Assembly (NCBI GenBank): GCA_964035545.1
Contig: OZ037767.1
Span: 16,300,581 to 16,364,580, forward strand
DNA length: 64,000 nt
Reading direction: 5' to 3'
Origin: Bugula neritina
Taxonomy: Eukaryota > Animalia > Bryozoa
Shown: in pieces, positions 13,317 to 26,500 of the stretch
Layout: every line of letters starts with the position of its first letter
Numbering within the stretch: position 1 is the stretch's first letter
Position numbers and translations under genes: made by a program
Notes under the pieces: generated by a model
What the model saw: only the letters and a program-made list of their open reading frames with translations
What the model was told of the DNA's origin: nothing
Database searches by the model: none

Positions 13317-13991
13317 TGAATTGAATTACTCGGTTTTCTGTATTTTATTAACTGATCTAAACAAGTTTCCTCAAGTGTAAAGTTAGCTGAAATGTCAAAC
13401 AAGCATGTCAACATGATATTTCTATTTATATAACTATATAATTATAAAATAATGTATATAAATATAAAATGTACTATATTTTACTTTATTGTATTATTTG
13501 AACTAATAAAACTATTTTATTATCTTGTATATACCACGCGGGCTGCAGTATGAATGTGATTTGAATATATGTGCTTACAAATATATTTTATTTCATCTAA
13601 TAATAGATTGTAATCTTTATCGCCTGCCAAACAAGCAACTAACAGAAAATTTGAGTGAAAAAATAACAAGAGCTAAGACTCTATTTCTGTAGTAGACTAC
13701 ATAATATTTTAAAGACTGCTGCTTTAACCATATGTAGTAACTGCTTTGAATTCAGCAGCAATCAGTCTGTATATCTAGTGTTAGCGAAGAATATTTTTAA
13801 TTTGCATGTATTATTATTTTAACACACCCAGCTAAGACTTTCTCTACATTTAAACATGAAATTATAATTGCAGAATCAACACATGCCAATAGTAATTATA
13901 ACCGCAATTTATATATTCAATATTTTATATTTTGCTTGCTTAAATAATTATAACGCAATTCTTATTCTTTATTCAGCTTTAACAGTACAAA

Positions 13992-16900
13992 TAGTCTGGC
14001 AGAAAAATGCCAATTTTTGACTTAGGTTCGCAACCCCGGATAAAGTTTTTTTCTCTCTTGATTATTCAAATATAGGGTCTAGGTAAATGTTTCCAGGTGG
14101 GTGTGGACTTCTTACCCTTGAGCATTTTGAGAAATTCAAGATGGCCGCCAGGCACCAAAGGATTTTTTCTAATTCAAATGTACCTACCCATTGGGGCTAA
14201 GTTTAAGGTTCCAATGCTTTGAAATCTTTAGAAATTAATATAATAAAGATGCATGTACCTTTATCATGTGCATTATTGAGTAATAGGCAAATGATACCCA
14301 AGGGTAACTAAGCTAAGCCTTAATCATTCATTTTAGCCTTGCCGTGTTTATAATTTCCTTGCATCTCTGCATCAGTTTGTTCTAACTTCATGAAAATTTA
14401 CTATATGGTGTGATTTTATATGCTGATTACAAATATGTCCACCAAATAAAGCTGAAAAGGGTTCTGCAAACTTAAAATGCAACGTCATTGCCATATGAGC
14501 TAAATAGCAATTTATTTCAAACTAGCATGCCTATCAAAAAGGTTTGTTGAGCTGCCAACTTAATGGTTATTTTCAGTTTTAAAACTTTAGCTATGTTTTT
14601 TAAAGTTATAAAAAGGGGTCAACAACTTTAATAACACAGCACCATGGCTTCTTAACATAATTTAATTGCTTTATTATTTATTATTGCTTTCGAAAACTGT
14701 TTCTGCAATTAGCAAATTCGACTTTTCCTCTAAAAGCATTTGTAAACAGTTTTTTATGAATGAAAATGTATTTCATGCTGGAGGAAGTAATACATCTATT
14801 AGAACAGTGGTTTCCTACCTTTTTCATACCAATCTCTTTCATTAACGTTTACTGTTAATTTCTCCCCTTTTAATGACCTATGTTGGGTGCACTGGAACAC
14901 TAATAGCTAAAAGTGATTTGGTAGAAAGTTAATTTTACTTTTGGTGGTTTCTCCAAAATGCTAAATAGAAAAAGTTTCCCCAGAATGTACGAGGTTTGAG
15001 AATATTGGTGGGAGAACTGTTAAAGCTAGTCTTGATGAAAGTGTAATCACTAGTATGAAAGACCTTGAAAAGATGTTGATTAAGATTGCAGAGAGATCAA
15101 TAACAGCAAAACTGTGGGTCATGTGCTTTATTGGACCAATTTTTATCAACACCCACATCATAGCTGTTAGAGAAGGAGACTGGGCCTTACACTTAGCAAT
15201 GGAAGAGGAAATGCACTATCTGCACAGCATGGAGGTCATGCCCCAAGATGTAAAGATTGAATTCGCGGCTGGTAACCACACAATGCATCATAAACGCGGC
15301 CAGCTCGACGGCATCTGCTCGGACATGACCATTGAGGTGACCTTCGTGAGATTTGGTCACAGCAAGGGGAAATCATTGGCATCACCACTAAATCTGAAAC
15401 TCTCAAGGTGTGGGTGTATAGCACTTCTGCATGCAACAAGATACAGTAAGGCCTCAGTGACCTGAGGGATGAGTCTGAAATAAATGCTTTCACTACTCAT
15501 AAGGATTAGATGCAGTCAAGAATCTAATCTGATTCAAAGGACAGGAAGTCTGTCAAACGGAAGATTGAACTCTGCAATGACCCACTCAAAGAATGATGCC
15601 ACCCAGTTGCTCTTGTCAATATTGAAGCAGATGAGTGCAACTGAGATGCGGATGCTTTGACACATTTACAATATAAATTGGGAAGACCATGTAACAAATT
15701 ATAATATAAAGGAGGAGGCCAAAATAGAAGCCATCGCAATAGACATGAGGAAGAGACCTCTTCAATGGTATGGACTTATGCACAGAAGAGATAGGGAGGA
15801 AGATATTATAATGGTGGCTGTGATGAAGATACAGAGAAAGAAGAAGAGAGGGGCCAAAGAAAAGGTTAATGGATACAGTGAAGGATGGCATACTGAAATG
15901 TGGCTTTTCAGATGAAGATGTGGACAATAGAATCAGATGACACTCTCTGATAGCACTTGGTGCCCTGCAAAACCGCTACTCATCCTGGACCACAGCATAC
16001 TAGGTGAAAAAGTTCGAGACAAGGTCCTATGATGAACAATTTGCTGCTTTTCCATGGCCTCTCAGTGGCAACAATGTAAAATATTGGAAAGGAAGTCATA
16101 CTAAATGTCTTGGTAGAAGTAAAGTGTGATTTGGTGACACTAGTGCTTTTTTCAGGATGACTATTCATACAAGCTACCAAGTTTATGCTATGTCGCCACA
16201 ATTATGCAAAGTGCTCCTTCATGACATCTACAAGACAAAAGGCTTGGGAAACCAAGGTCAGCAATGCTATTTGTGATGTGCCTTTAACTTATGTACTTTG
16301 CCTCCTACAGATGAAGCTATTGGACAATGTCACCAGACCACACCCCCAGGTAGCCATATGAAACTTCGGCATTAAACCCACTAGAACATTGGTAGGTGAA
16401 AGAGGATCTAATAGAATCTCTTTTCCCAAAAGGAGTAGGAAATGATGTTGTGCTTACACCAGACAGTATTATGAAGTGGATCATTTTACTTAATTCAGTG
16501 TACACTCGACGACTCTAGCTTTTGGCGATTTTTTACAATTTTTACAATTGTATATAGATTTTTGCCTCAAACTATCAAAATTTTAACAAATAAAACTCTG
16601 AATAATTAAGGCTTTTCCTAATTTATTATTACATTGAGATATTATATAGGCCGTGATGATTCACAAATATATATGTAGCTCATATGACAATGACGCCGCG
16701 CTTAAATGTTGCAGGACCTCTTCCCAGTCATTTTTGTTATGCAAAGTCTATTACCCCATTCTAGTAAGTTTTCATGAATTTTGAGCAAACTTTAAAATGT
16801 TTGATCATAATCTGCTGATGTGTACTAAATAAAGTAAAATAGCCCAAATTCATTAAATACTCCTGTGGAAGCCAACAATCATGCAAAACAACAAGATATG

Positions 16901-17562
16901 GCTGTTCTAGTACATCTATCCCATGCACAGAGTTCTGCCCTTGTGAAGCAGCAACAGGAGTGTGCTGCAAAAAACTAACATTTATAACAAATGCTAATAA
17001 TAGAAAAAAATGAAAAGGTGTTTAATATGAACATGAGTGAAAGTTTGTCGCATTTGTACGATTATATATATGTTCCATTTTAACTTTAGCTGAGCAATAT
17101 GCTGCATCTGTATCTTTTTTCACTTTCTATTCACTGGCAATAAGCAATGTTTTTCTTTATATATCTGTCCAGTGTCCAAACAGTTATTCAAAAACCTTGT
17201 ATCATTTCTCTGCACCATATGTGATGTTTTATTGAAGCAATTCCGATTTTTGAGCTGAGAAACATGTCTCTTGGCTCTTTATTTTGATTCCTTTATCACC
17301 GGCATGGCACATATTCATTCCAAAAATGCACATCTATCTGAATCATCAAAAATTTTTTGTTTTTGCAACATAATATAGACTTTATGCCTACTAGATTACG
17401 ATTTTTTCATAATTGGCGGCCATCTTGGATTTCTCGAAATGCTCGAGGGTGACAGGTCCACACCCACCTGGAAACGTGTACCTGGACCCTCAAGATAAAT
17501 AATCAAAAGAGAAAAAAACTTTATCCGAGATTGCGAACCTAACCCCCAGTTCTGCCAGACTA
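13992..17562 (+). mobile_element. Decayed Academ-superfamily DNA transposon
   Basis: Termini TAGTCTGGCAGAA/TTCTGCCAGACTA, long imperfect TIRs (about 160 bp), 3-bp AAA TSD. Transposase remnant VREGDWALHL...SDMTIEVTFVRFGH at 15055-15465 with frameshifts; Cys-rich remnant at about 16850-16975. Confidence 0.8.
15705..16010 (+). mobile_element. 5'-truncated RTE-clade LINE 3' end nested in the Academ (boundaries approximate)
   Basis: Translates to MRKRPLQWYGLMHRR...KRGPKKRLMDTVKDG...DVDNRIR*, resembling the RTE C-terminal RLRWYGHV..RGRPKKRW.D.V motif. Confidence 0.7.
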
Positions 17563-20538
17563 AAAAACCATATTTTGTCACTTATGCTGCCTATTTCTCT
17601 CCTAATAAACAAAAGTTTTGATTATTTTGGCATGGGCATGTTTCTTCAATGTTAAAGGTCTTTCAGGTAAAAGAAATTTAAGAGTTCAATAGTTTAATTT
17701 ATTTACAGGCCAATGAATGAAAATTTCGTAATTACGTATCATAATTATTATGTAATAAAATCTACTCTCAAGAGACTCACATCTTTGAAAAGCTGTATGA
17801 TTGCTGGCCAATCTGTTAGGATTAAAAATTGAGAAACTCAGAAAGCTAAAAATTAAAGCCAGTAAATATAAAGTTACATAATAGAGTAGCTGGTATTAGC
17901 TGGTAATTACAGTCAGCTTGGTAAGTGCTGTGCATCTGAGCTAAGTCTATGGAATCTACTCTACTTATACTAAATTTGGTCCCATAAACAAGTTTTCAGA
18001 GTTTAGGTTGTCTTCAACACAAAGAATAATTCACCAACCAATCTTAAGCAGTATGATGGCTGCAGCAAAAGTCATCAACTGAAGCCATCATATTAATAAT
18101 TTAATTAATTGCTCCTTGCTTTATACATGCATAATATAATTATTATATAGTCTTATATTTAATCAAATATAACAAAACAAATATCGACTTGTATTGTATA
18201 TTATGTCTATCATATATGAGGTGCGTTTTTAGAAAGGGGGAATTTAATAGTAAGCATTATGGAAGGGGAGATGACGGTATGACAAAGGCTTGGTATCACT
18301 GGGCTAGATGAACCATAAGAACTCTACCCTAGCATCACATCTCTTTGCCATCTTGATCTCAACTTGCCAGTTGGGAAAGTTCAGGACTAATCAGAGATTC
18401 AATGATGTCCCTGAAGATGCTAGTGCTAAAACGCTCACTTTATATGTAGTAAAAAAAAAATTACTCAATATAGAAGTACAAACAAATAAAATGCAAGTGG
18501 TGGCTGACACTGAAGGTTACTATTAAAAGAGGCAAATTTCTTGTAAAGATTCTGCTACTACAATGGAAATTGATGTTATCAGTATATTTGTAATTTGAAC
18601 ATATACATGATCAAAATTAAACATTTTCAAAGCGAAAACAGCTGTCAATTTATTTTTGTTCTGGGAATGCTTTGGCTTACAGAAAAGTTTGTTGCATTTA
18701 AGATGGTTAGTAATTATGATCTTACAAAATAGCGGCAAATATAAATAAAATCATTTATATTGTTATGAAATGAGCAGCGCTTTAGCGTCGGTAACGTATA
18801 ATTATTGTTTACATCTCGTAACTAAGTAGCTAGCCGCCACAATTAACGATCCTTGACTCCGCCGCTAAAAAGTTTCATTTAATTTATTCAAAATACGTTT
18901 CCGTAATTTTTCACTGCGCGAATGAAAAATCTATTTGCATGCAAATCAAGCAACATAATATTATTATTTTTCTCTCATTACTATTATAGAGCCGACCTTA
19001 GTAGTTGAGTGACGCGTAATAATCCTTCTGCGCATAGAACTTCCGTGTTATTTTTGGTTTTATTTTGCTTTTCTCCGTTACTAGTTGCCAAGTGTCCGAC
19101 CAGTTTACTGACTGATACTATACACTATAGACTCCCGTGAGGTGAGAACAGTCTGAGTCATATCATCATTTCTCAAATTAATTAGGTGCTTTACTACTTA
19201 CTATATCCATAAGCATTAGATTTAGTATTGCAATTGGTTTTATTACCATGTCCCGTGTCCGCTATCACTCAGCTATGGCTATCATCATCATGATCATGAG
19301 ATGAGTGATCATCCTAAATTTATTTATAGTCATAAATGATAATCATAATGATAATCTACCTTACTCAATTTGAATATTAGAATATCTTACCACTGGCACT
19401 AGTCAGTTATTAATCTCAATGCATGGTAATCCGAATCGCTACATGTTATCATAATGATAATATTAATAGCAACGGCATGACAAATGGGATGAATCTGAAA
19501 TAATTTTTGCTTAGAGTTTATTAGAAATATAGCCAAACATTATTCAGGCTAGCTTTAAAAGTAAAAACATAGCTGCAGCTATTGTAACCATCAAGTATCA
19601 ACCAACTAAAAGTTAACCCACAGTCAACATAATATGAATGAATAGCCATCAAAATAATATGAATATGATTATAGTTCTAAGCTCTGCATGAACAAACAAG
19701 GAAATATTATGATTAAATCTTAATAAAATCTGGATTCTTGACACTCAAACTTCTAAATGAGAAAATTGAATGACTTGCCTCTGACACGATAAGATAAGAT
19801 AATATGTCTGGACTAAACTGTGCATCTTAACAGCTTTATGTTCTCCAAATTGTTAATACAAAAAAACTGGATAGCCAGAAGCTATATTCACATTGATATT
19901 TGTAAGAACCCCTTTGGGATGAATGCAATTGACTTCGAATTGACTTCGATGGTTAGTGATGATTGAAATAAATTGCAAGACAATAATTGGCTAGATATGG
20001 GTGTAGAAGCTCCCAACTCATGAAATAACTACACCTGACCTAACTGAAGCACCAACATGTTAAATTAGTATGTTTCACATCACCATAGTTTCTATTAGAT
20101 GATTAGAATAGAAAGCTAGCAGCTGATGGCAGTTTTCCTGGCTGATGGAAGGGTGGGTCTAAGTAAAAATGTTTAAATAATGCATCACCAACACTGCAGA
20201 AATGTTAGAATGAGTTTCGTCATTTAGATTATTAACAAAACAAAGTATTTTCAACACCCAGCACAAAATATTTGATGAAACTATGTTTTCTCACACTACT
20301 ATGGTTCCCTGCTGTTTAGTGTCTTGCTCATGTTATACACTCCTTGCTATGGAATAGTTCAAAGTACACACTGGGAAAGAACAAAGTCTACCCTATGCTC
20401 AGGTGTGGACTCTTTCCCAGTAGTGTATCAAAATGCTCAGTTAGAAACAAATTTATTATTGTAAGTTCTGGTGTAGTGTAGAATATTATGCTAAGAGCAT
20501 GTGTATCTTTTACAGAATCTACTTATCATATAACCAAG

Positions 20539-23500
20539 ATGGCAGAATCCAGAGTTGTGAAAAAAAGAGTAAACAACTCGTATCGCTGTGGGTACTGCTC
20601 ACAGTACTTCAACAAACTTGAAGACCCCAGAACTCTGCCCTGTCTGCATGTGTACTGCATGAGATGTTTGAAGACTGACATCGGTGGTAGGAAGGATCAT
20701 ATCAGATGTGCTTATTGTAGGTGAGTTACAGTAAATAACACAATATATCATGTCATAGACTTGCATATAATTTTCTCACTATTATCTAGGAGTTGTCTGA
20801 TCTGTGTCTATGAAAAGCTAACAATACTGTATATTCTATGTGAACTCTGGTTAAAAACTTGTGGATAATGAATGTATTTTTGCTAATTATTTAAATCCAA
20901 TTTAAATGCTCCCACTTTTTGTACCTTCTACCCTCTATAATTTTATATAATAGAGTTTTGTTAATCATTGTAATTGAAGTCAAAGTTTTGGCATCTGAAA
21001 AGGTGTCTATTATTAAGTACTTTGCTTAGTAATTAACAATAAGTTCTCACTATTATTAGCAGACAAAGTTTTAGCGAACAGTCTTTTTCTACTTCTCAGA
21101 TATATCTTGTGTCTTTTCATGGATCGATCGATCTGAGACAGTGATTGTGTGATAGCCTGTGGTCTATATAATGATGTGTGTTGATGAGTGATGAGTATCT
21201 ATTTGAGTATTTGTCAAGGACATAGCTGTGTGTGTGGATGGAGTATTTCATTACTTGAGACATCATATTATATTAGACTTCCTGTATACTAAACAGAGAT
21301 AACACACTGAATAATATATTTAAGGAAAGATCACTATGACATAACAGACCCCACTACTCTACCTGTCGCAAAGCATGGAGACCCGCTGGAATATAAATCT
21401 CCACCCAAACCTGCACCCATTCCTTGCGATGTTTGTAAAGATGGAACAGAAGCTGCCACGTTCTGTGTCGACAGTCAAAAGAGGTTGTGTCAGCAGCATC
21501 AAGAAGTGAGTCTTTCTTAGTAGTAGAGGGTGGATGGTCCTGGCTCACTCTTCTTCCCCTGTCGAGTCTTTGACTCGCCAGTGTCAGAAGAGCGATCCAG
21601 GACGCATCCACCCTCTACTACTCTATTAGTTTTTTTATTAAGTTTTAAAAATTGTACATTTTAGTAGTCAAGTTTTTAACTCTTTCCGGTGTCCTAGGAC
21701 GCATTCACCTACTACTTTATTATTTTATTAATGTTTTTTAATATTAATTTAGAATATTTTGCTCCAGAAATTTTTCCCCCGTCGAGTTTTCGACTCTCCG
21801 GTGTCCCAGGACGCATCCACTTACTACTACTCTATTAGTTTTTTTATTAAGTTTTAGAAATTATACGTTTTAGGACAGTTTATTATTTTATTGTTTCAAA
21901 ATTGTACGTTTTTTAGGGCAAACATTAATCCTTCCCCCGTCGAGTTTTCGGTGTTCCAGGACGCATCCACTTACTACTCTATTAGTTTTTTTTGTTAAGT
22001 TTTAGAAATTATACGTTTTAGGACAGTTTATTATTTTATTGTCCTAGAATTGCACGTTTTTAGGACATACATTAACTTTTATTTTGGAATGTATTCACTC
22101 GTTACTATTAGTAATAAATTATTATACGCTAAGAATATAATAATTTATTAATAGTGTTTAAACGTTATAACTTGAAAATGTTGGTAAAGATTCAGTAGAT
22201 TCGGTTATACCTCCATCGCTAGTTGATATTACTAATTTATTACCCGTTGCTCCTTGTAATTTAGGAATAGCGTAATTATCTATATTATAAGTAGTAATAA
22301 TATCCGCAATGCTTATACCGGTTTCTATAATATTACCATCACTCGAAAATATTAATAATTTACTTCCCGTTGATAATTGCGGTTTAGGTATAGCAAAATT
22401 ATTTATATTACTAGTCGTAATAACATCGCTAACGCTTAAGCTACTATCTATGACATTACCCGAAGTAGTTGAAACGGTTAATTTTTCATTCGCGGGTTGT
22501 ATTTTATTTATAGCAAAATTATTTATATTACTAGTCGTAATAACATCACTAACGCTTAAACTACTATCAATAATATTACCCGTATTAGTTGATACGGTTA
22601 ATTTTTCAGTCGGGTCTTGTATAAGAGGTACGGCGTAATTAGATATATTAGTTTTCGTAACGACGTCATCAACTTTTAAATTACTATCTATAACGCGTCC
22701 GTCATCAGTTGATATAGTTAATTGATTAATAGGGTTTTGTATAAGAGGTATTGCGTAATTAGATACATTAGTTTTTGTAATTACATCATCAACTTTTAAA
22801 TCACTATCTATAACGCGTCCATCATTAGTTGATATAGTTAACTGATTAATAGGGTTTTGTATTTTAGGCATACTCGTATCATCAACGTATTTTTTTGTAG
22901 CCGCGTCTTGATCGTCAGCTGGATCAATAACTCTAGATATTTTATTTTCCCCCATATCTAGCGTACCCGTAAGAGTACTACTACCATTTATTAAAACGAA
23001 TTTTTTCGTATTTATTTCCGTTTTTCCACTTCCTCCGAATTTATAAACACTCATTTATTACGGTATATAAAATTCGTCTAATCCGTGTCTATACCTTCCA
23101 TTATTTTTTGAGGAAGAAAGATCTAAAGTAATAAAGCCGTGAGGTTTTTGCCATCCTTTATAACAAAAGTTTTTAAATTCGTTTAACGTTAAATCTCCGT
23201 TTATGTGATCTTGATATATATGATTTAAATTTTTTCCGTCTTGAGGAAATAAACAAATAAAATTAGCGTTTTCCCGAATAGTGTTTCTAGGCAGCTTAAA
23301 ATAATTTTGCGATAAATAAAAACAATCGACGTTATTGTGCCGTCCTCTTACGTAATAACTTTCGCAAGTTTTTTGTTTTTCCAACATTAAATCATCGAAT
23401 ATTATTAAATTTTTATTATTAGCGTCTAATTCGCTAGGATCATAAACGTCGTCACTAGATTCGATAAATTCGGCGTTTATATTACCGTTACCCCTACTAT

Positions 23501-26500
23501 TTTTTAAAACACGAGTTACGTTTATACCCGAATTTATTATCGCGTCACTATTTTTAAAAAAATTTAAAATTTCTTCTTTAGTTAATTTACGTTCGAAAGC
23601 CTTCCTCATATTTATATATTCGGGTTGAGAAAGGCTTTTTCCGTAAATCATAAGTTTATCGTAATCGAGCCAATTAGGTTGTAATAGCAAGTTACAAAGT
23701 AACGTAGTTTTACCGCATCCAGATTTTCCAACGATAAGACCTCTTATGCTTTTAGGAAGTAAAGGATTATTATTACGATTAATTTCGTTTTTCCACGAAA
23801 GATTTTCTATTTCCATTTATTATAATAAATGTATTGTTGTAGGTGTAAAACTAAAACGAAAACTCTTAATTATGAAAAAAGAGTAAGTAAAAATAATAGA
23901 CTAATGGGTTACGGTAATTGCGGTCATTGCGGATGTAAAAAGACTACATTTGTTGGGTTGGGTTTAGCGAATAATTTAATAAATAATTTACCCTTTGAAT
24001 TGCATTATCCAGGTCATAATTTTTTAGGACCGGGTACTAAATTAAATAAGCGTTTAAATGACGACACGACTCCTAAAGAATGGAGTAAACCGGTAGATCG
24101 AGACGACGCTATAGCCATGAGACACGACGTGTGTTACGCGCTTAATAAAGATACTAAGACTAGAAACGAAATATGCGATAAAAATATGCTAGACGAATTA
24201 AAAGCTATACCTAATCCTACGCCCTCTGAACAGCGACACAGTCGTTTTGCCTCGGCAATAATAGGAGCGAAAAAGCGTTTAGGATGGGGATGGACGAACG
24301 AGTTAGCCGAAGAATTACATAAACCCGTACAAAAAAAATTTCGTAAAAGACGAGTTTGGGTATCGGGTATTGATAATATTTGGGCTGCTGACTTGGTTGA
24401 TATGACTGAATTCGCTAAATTTAATAACGGTTATAAATATTTACTAACGGTAATAGACGTGTTTTCAAAATACGGTTGGATAATACCTTTAAAAAATAAA
24501 ACCGGTAAAGCGACGGCTTTAGCTTTAAAAACAATTTTAACTCGTCGTAAGCCACAACATTTATGGGTTGACAAGGGAAAAGAGTTTTATAATAAAGACG
24601 TAAAGTCCTTAATAGACTTATATTCTACGGAAAATGAAGAAAAGTCTAGCGTAGTAGAGAGGTGGAATAGAACAATGAAAGAGCGAATGTTTAAATATTT
24701 TTCGGCTAATAATACTTATAAATATATAGACGTACTAAAAAATTTAGTAAAATGATATAACGAGACTAAACATTCGTCTATTGGAATGACACCGATTGAA
24801 GCTAGTAATCCCTCTAATGAAAATAAAGTACGCGTAAAATTATATTCAAACTTACCAGCGCCTTCTAAACCTAAATTTGCTATAGGTGATAGAGTGCGTA
24901 TACCTCGTAAGAAACGAACGTTTGAAAAAGGTTATACAGTTAGATGGACGGAGGAAGTGTTTACTATAAGTAAAATATTATATACTAATCCGACTACTTA
25001 TAAATTAACTGACTCGGGAGGAGAAGAAATTCAAGGATCTTTTTACGAACAGGAATTACAAAAGACGAGTCAAAAAATGTATAGAATAGAACGCGTAATT
25101 AAAAAGAAAGGTAAAAAGGCTTTAGTAAAATGGTTGGGTTATCCCGATTCTCAAAACTCTTGGGTAAATTTAAACGTTTTAGAACGATTATAGTGGACAC
25201 AAAAGTGAATATTAGACACAAATGTGGACACTAGACACAAATGTGGACACAAAAGTGGACACTAGACACAAAAGTAGACACAAATGTGGACACAAATTAA
25301 TATATAATAAATGAGTTACTTAAAGATTCACGACCCTATAAAAAGAGATAAAATTGTACAAGATTTTATTTCTCAAAAGAATAAATTAAAAGAAAATTTT
25401 AAACGAGAACGCGAGCGAGAATTAAATGCCGCGATAGCTCAAGAAAAATATTTTGAACCCGTAACGACTTCGCAAGCTCAAACGACTGACGCGTTAAAAC
25501 AATTGCTTACATTACCCAATTATAATGTTCAACCGGCTATAACGGATGGAGTTATAAATTTAGACGAATTTACGCAAAACGCTTTAGCTGGCTTAGAACC
25601 CGGCGCTTATAACGTAAAGTGGGATGGTAATAGACACGTTATTGGTACAAAACCTATAAGCTTTAACGATGGTAAAATAATTTTTGAAAACGAAGAATAT
25701 CCGGCGACTAGAGGACTTTTAAGTCTTTTAACGCGTAAAACGCCTATAGGATACGATGATAATGATTTAGCGAATTACGCTAATATACTCGATAATAGCG
25801 GCGCTATATATCAAAGTAAACACGGTCCTATAGATAAAAATAGTGACAAGTGGAGACGTATCGTTAGACCTATTTGGGAACAATTATATCCTCAGAGAGC
25901 GAAACTCGCCGATAGTAAAAAAGCTAAAAGGCAAGTCGGTGATGGAGTAGTATATTTATCGTCTGATCCTAACGCTTTAATAGAACGACTCGAACTTTTA
26001 ATTTCTAGCGCTAAAGCCGGAAATACGGGAGTGCGAAACGAAATTGTGTCTATATTAGACGAATTACTTAGAATGAAAATTATTACTCGTGATTATTATA
26101 AAAGTATTCTCGTATAATAAATGTACGTTTACGATAAAAGACAACGATTACAAAAACACTACGCCGGTGGTGGAATATTTGATACCATTAGGAATGTAGT
26201 AACTAAAATAGCTAGTAATTCTAGCGTAAGAGAATTAGGTAAAAAGGCTATAGCTAAAGCGGGTACCGCGGCCGGTGAAAAAATTGTTAACGCGATTAAA
26301 AAAAGAAGGCAAAAAAAATTAAACGCTAAAAGTCAAGCTATATTACAAAAACTTAGTTTAGCTAAAGATGTATTAAATAATAATAATATAAGTAATATTT
26401 TAGAAGGAAGCGGACAAGCTATAGCTTATTAAGAAATTATTTTACTATAATAAATGGACTCTCTAAACATTACGCAAAAAATTGTACTCGATACGAGCGT

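Noticed and set aside
18990-19147. Possible TRIM promoter and non-coding first exon (local CpG enrichment, ACTTCCG, donor GAG|GTGAGA)
   Set aside because: Plausible but not supportable without transcript data.
20365-20428. Short inverted repeat ACTGGGAAAGA...TCTTTCCCAGT
   Set aside because: Too short, with no clear TSD or second copy; cannot support a MITE or RNA call.
24786-25193. Separate 135-aa chromodomain gene
   Set aside because: In frame with the integrase across one stop, starts mid-motif (IGMTP) and lacks the element's TAAATG start.
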